DNA from: Podarcis tiliguerta
Taxonomy: Eukaryota
Assembly: GCA_965153285.1 (NCBI GenBank)
Contig: OZ229112.1
Strand: one strand, 5' to 3'
DNA length: 64,000 nt
Part shown: positions 11,922 through 24,688 of the stretch, one piece after another
Layout: every line of letters begins with the position of its first letter
Numbering within the stretch: position 1 is the first letter of the stretch
Notes under the pieces: model-generated
What the model saw: only the letters and a program-made list of their open reading frames with translations
Told to the model about the DNA's origin: nothing
Databases searched by the model: none
Translations under genes and position numbers: made by a program

Positions 11922-13574
11922 AAAGTCCACATGTACACATATATTCAGAATATACCAACGACAGAAACCCATTGTCACAACTATATTCCCCTGAACTTTT
12001 GATATGGACAGAGCAAATGAAACTCTTTCAGGCATTTAGCTTGACCTAAGTTAAGGGAAGCAAATCACCAACGTTATTTAGAGGGGTGAGGGCACCAGGA
12101 ATCCTTTCCCCAACCTTTGTGTATTTAATGCAAAAGTAAGAAGGAGGCTTCTAACTTCTTTCCTCTGAATGTGATTAGAAACATCTGCTCCATAATTCTG
12201 CATTATCAGGATCCCCCAATGTACAAATATTTTTTGACTGCACCCAGTTAAATGTAGAGAAGGACCATCTTCAGGCCTTTGTTTCTCTATGAATGAAAGT
12301 CTGAGGAGTGCTGTTACACATGGGGCAACTGGGGAAGGTTTGTGTGCACCCTTGTCCCTCTACACACTTTGAACCCTTGTGTGTTCAGCTCTTGACTCTC
12401 TCCCTGATCTACGTTCAACATTTTCCTGGCAAAATTGTTGCTTCGGTATCTGCAAAGTCAGATGAGATTTAAGGAGTTAGGCCCCTCTCATAAAAAGTGT
12501 TGCAGCCAGCAACAAATCTGCTGCTAACACAAGTGGGTTTTTAAAGGCAGTTTTCCTCTGTTGCGCCAAAAGATTTTTGTGCTAGGAAAAATACGGTAAC
12601 AAAGTGTAGGACGAAGGGTTTGTAAATTTTGCATGCAGGAATGAAGCAGCTAGATGGCTCTGCCCCATTGCAACAGGTGGTCAATGCAACTGTTGTGGTA
12701 TGAATTTCTGTTTATGGTGCAGCTTTGAAGTGATAGTCAAGATTAGGTTAAGGCATTTAGACCATAGCCTAAATAAGAAAAACAAATTTAAGTTGATTTA
12801 TTCAAACATGATGCTTTCCAGTGTAATCATCTAACTGATTCGTGGTGAGGCCAAGCTTCTCTGAGCATCTTTGTGGTGGGACAGAGGATTCACAGTGGTT
12901 TCCATGAAATACATCTACTAAATCAAGTTAAATTGGAACTGGCTTTGAGATGTGCGTAGGGTATTGTTATCCAGGTTTTAATCAGGGTGTAAAGAGGGAA
13001 GGGCAGGTGAGCGGATCCCTTTGCTCTAAAATTAAGATGTTTATCTCTGATTTTTCTAAGGTAGGCCACTGTGTTGCCTGCTTATCTCTCATGTTAGCTT
13101 GCTCTCACCAAATCAAGAAATGCTCTGTATGCCAGAGTTATTTCTTAGATGTGCTGCTATTCACTCCCTTTGAAGAAAATTGTATTTAACAGCATGGCAA
13201 TGACTCATGAGATTTCTACTCTGTGGAAAACACCTATAAATATATTAGCCAAAAATGTTTTTTCTCCTTTCCCGAAGCATAAACATCAGCTTTGTCTTTC
13301 TACTTAATGTGCAGGCAGCTGTCTCACACCTCAGCTCTAGAGTCCCAGATGAATGATGAAATTAGCAGTTTTAATAAATGGTCAGGCGTTTTTATGAAGC
13401 TTTGATTATTGCTCAAAGTATTATGTCACCCCAAGCTCTAAAACGGCAATGTCCTGAAAAGCTTGTATGGCACAATTTTGTCCACCAATCAGGGGCCAAT
13501 TCAGAAATGATTCTGGAGAAGAATGTAAACCTACCCATGTTACACAGTTCACTTTTATGGAAGCCTTTGTGGTT

Positions 13575-13615
13575 GTATGTATGTATGTATGTATGTCATG
13601 TGTATGTATATATGT
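13575..13615. repeat. (TATG)n-rich microsatellite
   Basis: Direct observation. Confidence 0.85.
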
Positions 13616-13785
13616 ACCCTGATGTTGGGAAAGATTGAGGGCAGAAGGAGAAGGGGACAACAAAGGACGAGATGGTTGGACAGTGTTCTAGAAGCTACCA
13701 ACATGAGTTTGACCAAACTGCGGGAGGCAGTGGAAGACAGGAGTGCCTGGCGTGCTCTGGTCCATGGGGTCACGAAGAGTCGGAC
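13616..13785 (+). mobile_element. Bov-B 3' fragment running into the assembly gap
   Basis: Encodes TLMLGKIEGRRRRGQQRTRWLDSV...DRSAWRALVHGVTKSR (Bov-B ORF C-terminus). Confidence 0.92.
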
Positions 13786-13913
13786 NNNNNNNNNNNNNNN
13801 NNNNNNNNNNNNNNNNNNNNNNNNNNNNNNNNNNNNNNNNNNNNNNNNNNNNNNNNNNNNNNNNNNNNNNNNNNNNNNNNNNNNNNNNNNNNNNNNNNNN
13901 NNNNNNNNNNNNN
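13786..13913. other. Assembly gap (128 N)
   Basis: Run of N. Confidence 1.
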
Positions 13914-14729
13914 ATCCAGAAGGCAGCTGTTTCTGTTGTCGTGCTTCTAATGCATAACTTTGCATTTTTCTTTGACAGCAGACCTTTTTAGTGCTGTTTA
14001 ATGATAGCAAACTCTAAATCACACACTTGTGAACTGACAAGCTCCACTTTTTTTGTCATTTCAGTGGATGCCGCATGATTTGAGTGGTGATAAATTGGTT
14101 CTTGGTGATTTTTATCTCACATATGGTCCAGATGGAGCACTCTTTCAACTCTGGAGTAATTTTAATAGTCCATATTTGTACTCTTGTCAAGCTATTTTTT
14201 TATCATAAGCAGTTTAGGATCTGGACTGCCTGGTATATTTGCAGAGTGCTTGATAAATTAGGGCCTTGAGGCATGAAGAGACCCGTGAGCATGACATTAA
14301 TAAGGCACATAAGAAAACAAACCTAATATTGCCTGGGCTCCTTTGGGAGGAAGGGTGGGAAATAAATTCAATAAATGAATAATATGGCTTGTTGTGAATT
14401 GTGCATATACATGGCTGGATAAGGAGTGCAGAGCTCTCAACCTGTTCTCCACCACAACACTAAACACAAACCAGCCTTCCTATTCTCAATAAGAGACTGT
14501 GCCAAACATGGACACACCTTCTACTCTTACACATAACACTGCATGTGATGATGCAAAACCATTCATGTTTGTGGTGAGGTCCCATTGGGAAACCATGCTC
14601 AGAAAAGGGAAACCAAAATGATCAAGTAGACAGAGCCGCTGCCCTATAAGGAAAAGCTGCAGCAATTGGGGTTTGGTTGTTTAGAGAAACAGGAAGTAAG
14701 CTGTGGCATAATAGACGTGTATAAAAGCA

Positions 14730-14975
14730 TACATGTTCATGAAGAAAGAGGGCAGAGAAAGATTTGCCTCTTTCATAAGCTGGACATCCAGTGAAGCTGG
14801 ACATTGGAAGATAAAAGAAAGTACTTCTTCACACGGCACACAGTTAAACAATGGCACACGCTCCCACAGGAGGCAGTGATAACCACCAACTTGGATAGCT
14901 TTCGAAGAGGATTAGACAAATTCACGAAGGATAAGGTCATGTGGCTACTAACCATGATGGCTACATTCTGCCTCC
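14730..14975 (+). mobile_element. CR1 LINE 3' fragment
   Basis: Translates DKRKYFFTRHTVKQWHTLPQEAVITTNLDSFRRGLDKFTKDK, a typical CR1 ORF2 C-terminus. Confidence 0.85.
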
Positions 14976-14976
14976 A

Positions 14977-15183
14977 TGGTTCAATCCCCAGCAACATCTC
15001 AAAGTAGGGCTGGGAAAAGACTCCCTGCCTGACACCCTGGAGAAGACACTGCCAGCCCGTGCTGACAATACTGAGCTAGCTGGATCAATATCAGGCAGCT
15101 CCTATTCAAAGATGAGATTCCTGCATTATAGAGGGTTGGACTATATGACCCTTAGACCTTCCAGCTCCACAATTCTATGATCT
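14977..15183 (+). mobile_element. SINE body fragment followed by a CR1-type tail
   Basis: ggttcaatccccagca...gggaaaagactccctgcctga...acaatactgagctag, then cctgcattatagagggttggact...attctatgatc. Confidence 0.6.
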
Positions 15184-15719
15184 TCTCAATGATCAACTCT
15201 TGAAAAGCCACAGAAGAACCTGAGGGCTCCTTAAGACACATTTTGAAAGCCAACTTCTTGGAGCATTCCCATGACGACGTTCAGCACCCACAAGAAGCTT
15301 GAGTTGATGTCATGCCCCCTTTCCCTACAACTGAATGAGAAAGTGTGGCAGCAGAGTGCTTCTGATTCAATTATACTTTGTAATTCTTCTCCCATTGTTG
15401 GCTTCAAGGGCAAAGCCATCCATCAACCTACTGCAAAATGGCTGTATAGAAACAGATGTTAGCGTTATTTACACAAATGGTAAATTTGCAGAGGAAGACA
15501 AAGGCTAATTGCAGTCTTAAATACTCTAAATAAAGGATGCACATTAAGAACAAATTTTATATGGAACTCAGTTAAAGCCCATTTCACATTTACACACTGG
15601 GCCATTATAAAATCACAGCTAACCTTCCCTATATAAAAATGATATTTATAATTTGCTGGTTTTTTCTGAAGTAAGATGCAAAAGGCGGGGGGACATTCGT
15701 AGGTTCCAGGGTGTGTGTA

Positions 15720-15978
15720 CCGTATTTTTCGCTCTATAAGACGCACCAGACCACAAGACACACCTAGTTTTTGGAGGAGGAAAACAAGAAAGAAAAAATT
15801 CTGAATCTCAGAAGCCAGAACAGCAAGAGGGATCGCTGCGCAGTGAAAGCAGCAATCCCTCTTGCTGTTCTGGCTTCTGGGATAGCTGTGCAGCCTGAAT
15901 TCGCTCCATAAGACGCACACGCATTTCCTCTGACTTTTTAGGAGGGGAAAAGTGAGTCTTATAGAGCAAAAAATACGG
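15720..15978. mobile_element. Tc1/pogo-like MITE, family A, copy 2 (259 bp)
   Basis: TIRs CCGTATTTTT / AAAAATACGG, TA TSD, near-identical to 167-424. Confidence 0.92.
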
Positions 15979-16176
15979 TACTTCATTTTGCTTTGGCCTA
16001 GTTGATTTTGTTACCGTAATCCAGTTTCAGGGCCCCCAACACTTGTATCTGTTTGTTTGTTTGATAAGGTTTTGCAGTATTTAGTCACCCCTCATAGCCT
16101 TGCCCATCTGGAACCAAACGGTCTCTTTTTCAACCTGGTCTCTGGGTCCCAAAGCATCATAAACAGTGGTGCTTTG

Positions 16177-16463
16177 CCATAGGTAAACACCAACCTCTCT
16201 CACCACCAAAGGAACACAAGTGAATAGCAGAGAACCTGCACAAGTGACGCTGACGCAAACCCCCACATATATTAAGTAAAATAGAAACACCGCCACCCAC
16301 CACCCACTCACCTTTCCCCCCTCCACCTCTTCCCCCTTTTCTTCCTAATGTCTCAACAAATGAAACTGATCTGTAAAAAATGTTACTTGAAAAGAGAGAG
16401 AGAGAGATTGCACATACTTTTGTAAACCAAGAAAATATTTAATAAAAATACATTAAAAAAAAC
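16177..16463 (+). mobile_element. 5'-truncated poly(A) retroelement 3' end (L1-like 3' UTR)
   Basis: AATAAA at 16441, A-rich tail, 13-bp TSD cagtggtgctttg at 16164-16176 and 16464-16476. Confidence 0.75.
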
Positions 16464-16589
16464 CAGTGGTGCTTTGGTGAGGGAACTACTAGCAAATCAT
16501 AACAAGAGCCCCTCCCACCTCTTGTATTGACTTGAGCATTTAGTATCATCTTTTACTTTCTGGGTGTATGGAAGAAAGTTAAACTCCTT

Positions 16590-16680
16590 GAAGACTCCTT
16601 GAACTAACACAGCAAACCCAAGTGGTTTTTTAATGGGAAGAGTCCTTGAACTAACAGCAAACCCAAGTGTTTTTTTGTGG
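16590..16680. repeat. Local tandem duplication, 2 x ~45 bp
   Basis: gaaga(c/g)tccttgaactaac(ac)agcaaacccaagtg...tttt occurs twice. Confidence 0.85.
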
Positions 16681-19528
16681 GATTTATATATAAATTAAAG
16701 GGTCCAGTAACTTTCTTTGCTGCGGCAGAAACAATCTATATTGGTGCTCACAGAGTACATTTCAATGCATATCAATTTACCTATCTTCTGTATAATCCTG
16801 AACTTCTGATTTCAGGCTGAGGTCCTGAATTGTCTGAAGTTAGCTCTCAGGACTCCGTGCAGTTTACAGTCTGTTTACCAACCACAGTACATCCCCCCTC
16901 CTCCATGGTATAGCATCACCATCTGCCTTGCATTTAAAAAGTGAATCTCATACAGAAACATTTCCCTGGACCACTTGTTTCTCAATAAGTGCCCCTCAAC
17001 TGCTTGTTCAGCATCAGCAGTGATGAGTTAGCTGTTGCAGCCTTACTGAGTTGGCCCCAAGTCTAGCAAATTTACTTTGCCCCTTTCTCCAGCTGTCCTT
17101 CCCCAATCACATTAAGCATAATGGATAGCATGGAAAGCTGAATGATACATATGAAAACAGATATCTCTCTCTCTCTAGTGCTCACATGGGAATGTCTTTC
17201 CAGAATCCCCACTGATACTACTCAGCTTCACCATGCAGACAGAGAATGAGGATTCCTCAGTGAAGTTTAGCTACGTTATAATTTCGTAATGCAAAGAACG
17301 ACAACATTGTGTCTGGTCTTTTTGTTCATCTAGTGACTCCTAGGTAGGCAGAAGACTCTGTGCAAGAGATTTTAGGAAAGATGTTGCCTGTTATTAAGGC
17401 TCAATTCACAAGAAGTATATATTTGTGTAACATTGTTTGAGCCTGAAGACCAATCTAGATGTGAAGTATAAAGATTTATTATTGTGTTTCCTAGCTGTGA
17501 TGTGGGAGGAGGATCCCAATTAGATTGGTGCTGCATATCTGCTGCATCTCAGACTGTTTCCCCAATCTGCATAGAAGCTTTGAGGGCAATTTAGACAAGG
17601 ACAAGGACATGAGGAAATAGGTTATTTCAATATAACAGCACCTGGGCTCCATTTGCTTTGGGGCTCTTCTTCCCCACAATTTTTACAAAAGAATTAGGAG
17701 ATTGAGTATTTGGCTAGGGTGAAGTTCCACCTGTGCTTACCTATGGAACCTGGGATTCATGCCAGGATACAACCCTGGAGGATATTATAAACATGGGTTA
17801 TCTGCACATGGGCAGAGTGCTATTCCCTCACCTGCAAAAAGAATACTTGGATATGTAGCATCGGCAGACAAAGCTTCTAGCTCCAAGCTGTTTAGCCATA
17901 CCACCACCTCTGGGTTTTTTTTGCAAATTAAGCCCTGTGACGCTTCATTCCCCCAGCCACCCATGAAACCACTCTTGCCAGTGCCACACTCTGGCCTTGC
18001 TTTCTAATCGGCACATGTGTTCCCTAGACAACCTGGTTTATCAATGCAGCCTTACATTAATATTCTAGGGGAAAGCATATTGATGCTCTAAAATTATCTC
18101 ATAATATTCCTTCTGCCACATCTGCAACATTTGCTTGCCAAACTAATGTGAAGGTTTGGATTGTAGAAATTTTCCATCATTTGCAAAATATGGACCAGAC
18201 TAGAAATTGAGAGCTAGCACCCATGGTGGTAACACACTTTTTAGACATGCATCATTTTATGAAATAGCAATCCACTTTTACAAGCCTGGAGGTTAAACTA
18301 ATCCATTTCCAACCCCGTGAGGAGCATGGGGAGTGTTCACGCAACACATCTTCACACTGTAGCCGACACCCTATTGTGTCGTAACACAAAGTTTAGAAAG
18401 CTCTGCCCTATTCCCTTCTTATAAGTTATATTTGTGGTTCTCTTGAAGAGCATTTCACAATGCATATGAAGTTTTAGGCTCAGTTTTCACATTATGAATT
18501 TTTAGTCACAGGAGTGCAGGGGGTTAATGGGACTATCAGAATGATGGGTTCTCATTCCTGCCACTTAGTTTCTGTTATGGCCTTCCTCAATAATTGAGCA
18601 TGCCTTTGAGACGACAAATAGGTCTTAAAAAGCAGGCAAAATTTATATCTGGTGCATCCATAATGACATGGGTGTTAATTCTTCCTATCACTCTTGCTCG
18701 CCTTGCATTGATCTGCCCTGTGCCACATGCAGGATTTCTTGCTAAAACACAACTGCCTATGGCAAAGTGCTACTCCAGAGGTGGACCCATGACCCATTAC
18801 TGGCAGACTAAGCATGACATGAGGAATTTAAACCCAAACACAAGGTTACCCTTTGCTTTCCATTGACCACATCTGACCAAGGGCAAAATCAGAAAATGAT
18901 TACAGGGGGCAGATCAGAGCACAGAATATATATCCAACCACAGAGAGCAGCATGAATGTAGGGGTCCCAAAGGAAACTTTTCAAAGTGCTTTAGGATCTC
19001 AGGGGGGAAAATAAGCCAGAGATGCAAAATAAGAAATGGAAAACAGCATTTCAATGCTTTCAAAGGTATCCAAAATGGATCCAGTTACTACTCCTGAGCA
19101 GCTAATAGTAGTAATGGAAATACTACATAATATTTATCCAGCATCAATAGTAACTAGAGGTGGCACACTGGCTAATGAAGCTGCTACCTTCCCTGCCTAT
19201 AGAATTAAAATCCATAATAGACATGGCACTTAAGTAGGGGGTGGAGGATGAATGATGTTACGAAGAAAAGATGAAATACCAAGTCAAAGGGAAGGGGGAA
19301 GCACACAAAGGAATTGTTTTTCACAAAGGGAAAATACATGAAAGATTAGGTAGGTTTCAGCAGATTTTAAAGATTGTTAGTGTAGATATTGGGGGGATGG
19401 AATTCCAGTACCAAGCCCTTTCCAATTTTAGATGAAGAAAGATGGCAATGATGTCACAATCAATCTTAAGAACACAAGAACAGCACTGCTGGATTGGATC
19501 AATGGTCCCACTGATGGATATAACCTGG

Positions 19529-19960
19529 TGTCATGAGCCTGGACCAGTTATCCTCAGATGTAGAATCCTTCCACAACAGTAGCTCAGAGGAGGAGAAGAA
19601 AGGAGATGAATACACTCCCTCGTCTCTCCCATGTGGATTTGCTAACAGTGGAGGATCAGAAAGGACCTGAGGAGCCTTCCCCAAATATGTTTCTGAAGCT
19701 TGGAACTCTGAGGCCTAGAAGAAGCCAACTGCTGCAGAAAAAGCAATCTGTCTTTACTGGCCAGGGTGGGGCTTTCATCTTGGCTATCTGCTATGAAACA
19801 CTACTGGTTGCTCCAAGAAGACTAAGACAACTTGCTTTTCCTCCCTCAGTTGTAGGACTTCTAACTGTGGTCCTAACTTTGCTTTATCTTAAGCCTGCAG
19901 TCTATTCCAGAACTCTGGGATACTGCTCTCCATCATCTTCCCTTGGTGGTGGACATAATA
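19529..19960 (+). mobile_element. Possible decayed solo LTR (Gypsy-like)
   Basis: Starts TGTCATG, GA-rich 5' part, ends ggacataata; no clear TSD; assignment rests on general resemblance only. Confidence 0.3.
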
Positions 19961-22900
19961 ATAGATACCTACTATATCAATTTGTCCTTGATTTCCATAT
20001 ATTAATTGAGTGAAAAGAGCTACAGCCAGTGTCAGGGTCCCTTCAAACCTATTTTTCAAAGAGGGTCAAGACATCCCATCCCCACCCTTAAGACCTCCTA
20101 TGTGAAAATCTTTACCTGTGAAAAGACAGCGGGAGTTAACAGCAGTGGGGAAGATTTGCTAGACATAAGAGAGGCTGTACATGTTATCAACTCATGCAAA
20201 TGTAAAGCACTATCCAAACAGGATGCTACCAATATACGATGAACAGATAGACCTTGATAACAAATTATATTTGCTTTATAAGGATAATCTTCTATCAGAA
20301 AGGTAGTGTGTTAATTTTGGACATAGGCGATCTGGGTTCAAATCCTACCACAGCCATGACACCTATCCTTTCCTATAGCATGTATTTAATTTGTGTTTGG
20401 GGAAAACTAAGCCTAGCTTTATTGTAATCCAGTCTGAGACCATGGGAAGTGGTGAATCAAGGGTGGAAAAAGCAACCATGTGCATATGAACCATACTGCG
20501 ATCTGCTCTTTTGTTCTTTCCATCATCATGTTTTCCAACATTCCTCTTAACATTTGCTTTCTCCAAGGTACCCTATTTGAAAAATGTTACTAGTTCCTTG
20601 TCCACTAATGCCTGCAAAAGGTGCTGAAAGTGATATACCATGTTGCTCCTTTATACTAGGACCTTATCAGTCACATTGCAAAAGTGACCCATCTTGCAAA
20701 TTTTAGCTGGCAAAACGGTCTGAAAACACAAAGATGCCTATAATGTTTCTTGCAGTATCTCTTTAGAAGCATAGTGCTGGTATCTGGTAAGCCCCTGTGT
20801 ATACTTTCCACAGTCTCACAGTGAAAAGGACAATACAATACATGCTAAAAAGGCCTAGATAGCTCAGTATAATAATATCCTCCAGGCAAGTGATATTGGT
20901 ATAAATGCTACAAGATTCCAGAATACAGCTAATAAGCTGCAGTTTGCTGCAGTTTGCTTCAAAAAGCAGCAGGAGTACCACCTCAATACATGTGTACTTT
21001 AACATCAGAAGTAAATAAACCTTTGGGCAATAAGTGAAATATGCTGGCCTGAGATTACCCCAGAAAAAAGCCTCTAGTATAATCTCTTTCCCACAATGCC
21101 TGGAGAAGTTAAGAAACAAGGAATGACAAGTGAGACTTGCAATGAAATGTTGCAGTGTGGACAACAGAAGCAACTGAGGTCATAAAATAAATAAATCATT
21201 GCCACATTTATTTTCCTAGCCTTTCCCCCAAAATATTTTTGGTTTTTGGTGTGAGATGAGGAATGCTGCAGCATTTCATGCATTTGTAAATCTTACCTAC
21301 ACAAGTGTTCTTGGCTTTGAAAAGTACATGAAAATCTAGCTATTTGCCAGTTATTCAATTTACATTTTTCAAACTATTGATTTAGGCTGCATTCTCACAC
21401 AGCTTAAATCCCCCGTCAGTGGAAGAACAGCAACCTGAATGCAGGAGTGCATCTTAGTTTAAACATGTTCTATCTGGTCTAGTTATTCACGCCATGTACT
21501 AATTCACTCTCCTGACCTCTATCTTCATCTACCTTGACAGTCAATATGGGTGGTTTCATCTGTTGTGATCCATTGTCAGTAACACTCCCTTGCCATTAAG
21601 CTTGCTGCTTGACTTTATTTTGCACCTTTACAACCTTTCTAAAGGAAAGGTGGTGCAGCATCTTCACACTTTTGCCTGCGGAATAATACACTACCACCCT
21701 TGACATAAAGGATGTAATATAGAATTTAGTGCATATTATTCCCATGTGATCAAACTTAAGTATTACAAAGGTTTTAGGAGCTACTGTGTTGCTAAACTAT
21801 AAAGCAAAATCTACAATGTCACATGACACGATGTTAGAGCCCCAGAATCAAGAGTGATAGCCATGTATGTACCAGAATTAGGCTCCGGCTGAAATCCTGT
21901 ACACATTTACTTAAGATTAAGCCTCGCTGAAGGAACAGGGTCTTGTTCATAGGTAAATATTGCTGGAATTGGGACATGAGTAACTGTGACTGGAATCAGA
22001 TTGCGCATGTATTTACTTGATCTTTTCAGGATGTTTGTATACAGCAGTCCTGCACAGTTCTGCCATTTCTTTCCGGTCACTTACGGTAAATATTTGCAAT
22101 GAGTTTTGGGTTTTTTTGTTTGGTTCTGTTTTGTTTTCTAAACGGGTGCTGTTTCTTTCTCTTCTTTCTTGTGTCTTATCTTACTCTGTGCACTTGTAAT
22201 TATGTACCTTTTATGAGGGTTCCTTCCAACTCTATAATTCTATGCATCTATGATCCTGGTGGCTCTTGGGTTTGGATTGCTCCCTAAGTCTCACTGAAAG
22301 CATTGGCATGGGGCTTAGTCTGAGGTCTCATTTATTTCAGTAAGACCAAAAGAAAAAGCCAGTTGCGGAATTTATTGAATTGCATCCATAGTGTAGATAT
22401 AATATTTTGTTTCTTCTTGGAAGATGTGGTTTACGCCTAACGGAAATATGTGGCTGCATAAATTCTCTTGAATTATTATTATTATTGATGAAAAGCCATT
22501 TAAACAACTTGCACAATTGCAAGAAACCTGTTGCTAAATCTACTTTGCCAAGGCTGAATAAAACAAAATCCTGAAGTTCCAGAACTGTAAGTTTTTAGAA
22601 GTCAACATCAAAATGCCCAGCTTTTGACTGCAAGTAAGGATAGAAAAAACAAACACCACACATTCCTAGGTTCCAACATCAAATATATAGATGTGTGGAA
22701 CTATTGCAAGGAATAGTTTTCTTATCAGAGTGTTTCCCTGCTGCAATAAGCTTTTTGTAAACTCCACCTGTGGCCATCATACGCTGAAGTGGAAGTTAAT
22801 GGAGAGGTTATTTCTTTCTTCCCATTCTTTTAGATGATTCTGAGAACTGCTAACAGGTTGAATCAAATGTCAGCCGAAATCAATAACCTGGAGGTGAGAG

Positions 22901-23428
22901 TGTCTATGGACTAAATCAACCTTAGTGGAAGGAACAAAGTGGCCACAGGAGACAGAGTCCACTTAGAAAAACTGACGTCCTCCTCTGGCACTTAAAAGAA
23001 ATTGCATCCTGCAGTTATGGGTATGTGCTGTAGGTTAGGAAGGACAGAAAATAACTCATCACACCATATTGTCCAGATCCCTAATTGCTACGTGGCTATT
23101 TTGTGTTGTTAAGAGCTTGTATGAAACATAATAAAAGAAGCCCTGAATTTGAAAACTTCTATCAGTACATAAGCCAAAAACCAGCATGACAGTCAGTTCA
23201 AAATACACATTGCTCAAGGATGCAGACCCGCCCCTACATAAGCTGCCTAAATCCTTATTGAGTTCAGTGGCACTCAAGCAGCCCAAGTGCTCCAAATCTT
23301 AGCCAGTCACTTGGATCTTAAGAACTGCAAGTGGAGTTATGCTTGCGGAGAGGGCTTTCCTGCCTCCTCCCCCGCCCCCAGGCTGACCTGCACACCATAC
23401 AAAGGCTACATTGGATTTGAGGGCCTTA

Positions 23429-24688
23429 TTGTTGTTTAGTCGTTTAGTCATGTCCTACTCTTCGTGACCCCATGGGCCACAGCGCGCCAGGCACTCCTGT
23501 CTTCCACTGCCTCCCACAGTTTGGTCAAACTCATGCTGGTAGCTTCGAGAACACTGTCCAACCATCTCGTCCTCTGTCGTCCCCTTCTCCTTGTGCCCTC
23601 CATCTTTCCCAGCATCAGGGTCTTTTCCAGGGAGTCTTCTCTTCTCATGAGGTGGCCAAAGTATTGGAGCCTCAGCTTCAGGATTTGTCCTTCCAGTGAG
23701 CACTCAGGGCTGATTTCCTTAAGAATGGATAGGTTTGATCTTCTTGCAGTCCATGGGACTCTCAAGAGTCTCCTCCAATTCAAAAGCAAATTCTTCGGCA
23801 ATCAGCCTTCTTTATGCTTCAGCTCTCACTTCTATACATCACTACTGGGAAGTTGGATCCTCCTAACAGAGGGTCCATGTTGTGCTCAGCCCCTGAAACT
23901 CTTCCCCAACCGGCTTCTGGGCGGGGTTTGCTCCACTCTAAGCCGGTGGTGCCACAGTTATGCCACTGGCCTTTAGCCAATCGGCATCGTGGAAAAGGTT
24001 GGGGGTATCTATTTAGCAGCGAGACATAGGGACCTCCTTTTGCTTCATGCTGCTGAACACCTGCCCACCCACCTGTTAATTAGGTCGTGTTTGGCCTTGC
24101 TTTGGACTTTGGTTGGTCGCCTATTTTGGAATGGGGGCCAGGTAGGAATTTTTCCCAGTGTGGCAGATTGGCTGTGGCCACTTGGTTTTTGCCTACCTCT
24201 TAGCAATTGTCACAACTTTGTAAGGTTTGGCGGTTAGGCATTGGTTTAGGGGAATGTGGGGAGAGGAGGTGCGGCCATCACCTGCCCCTCCAATGAATAG
24301 GGTATTCATTTAAAGGAATCCGGGGGTCTGGATCTCGTCCAAAGCCCGGAGAGGGACTAGGGCCATGGCAGGACCCCCAGGAACCCCAGGGGTGAGCACC
24401 AGTCAATATACACTGACGGAGATCCCCCTGCTGGTTGTTTACCCTTACAGGAGCCAGATATTGTTTTAATACCAGTGCCTAAGTCAATACCAGTCACATT
24501 TGTGTATTCAATAAAGTTGCGGCCAAAATTTGCCCATTAACATTTAAACTAAATTCTGTCTCCACTGTGCCTTTATTTCCACGAGGGATGGGTTTTGGGG
24601 CTCAGAGCACAAAACATTAGCTTTAACTATACGGACTTTTGTCGGCAAGGTGATGTCTCTACTTTTTAAGAAGCTGCCTAGCATCTTC
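23429..24688 (-). mobile_element. Bov-B 3' insertion split by a nested element (pieces 23429-23851 and 24613-24688)
   Basis: Minus-strand ORF WRRLLRVPWTARRSNLSILKEISPECSLEGQILKLRLQYFGHLMRR...; sequence resumes as aacattagctttaactatacggacttttgtcggcaagg; 8-bp TSD gggcctta at 23421-23428 and 24689-24696. Confidence 0.9.
23852..24612 (+). mobile_element. Solo terminal-repeat unit of a DIRS/Ngaro-like tyrosine-recombinase retrotransposon
   Basis: Cleanly interrupts Bov-B with only AA shared; CCAAT (~23977), TATA-like ctatttag (~24008), AATAAAGTTGCGGCC near 24510; subterminal inverted repeat ttgtgctcagcccc / ggggctcagagcacaa. Confidence 0.6.

Noticed and set aside
13555-14010. ORFs of 82-151 aa spanning X runs
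   Set aside because: Artefacts of translating through the N gap plus a Bov-B fragment.
15465-15986. Longest ORF (173 aa) and its paralogue at 104-370
   Set aside because: The shared peptide comes from two copies of non-coding MITE family A, not a gene family.
18900-20250. Endogenous viral ORFs (19036-19233, 19606-20013, 20006-20242)
   Set aside because: No recognisable viral motif; 19529-19960 looks more like a decayed LTR. A BLASTX search is needed to exclude this formally.
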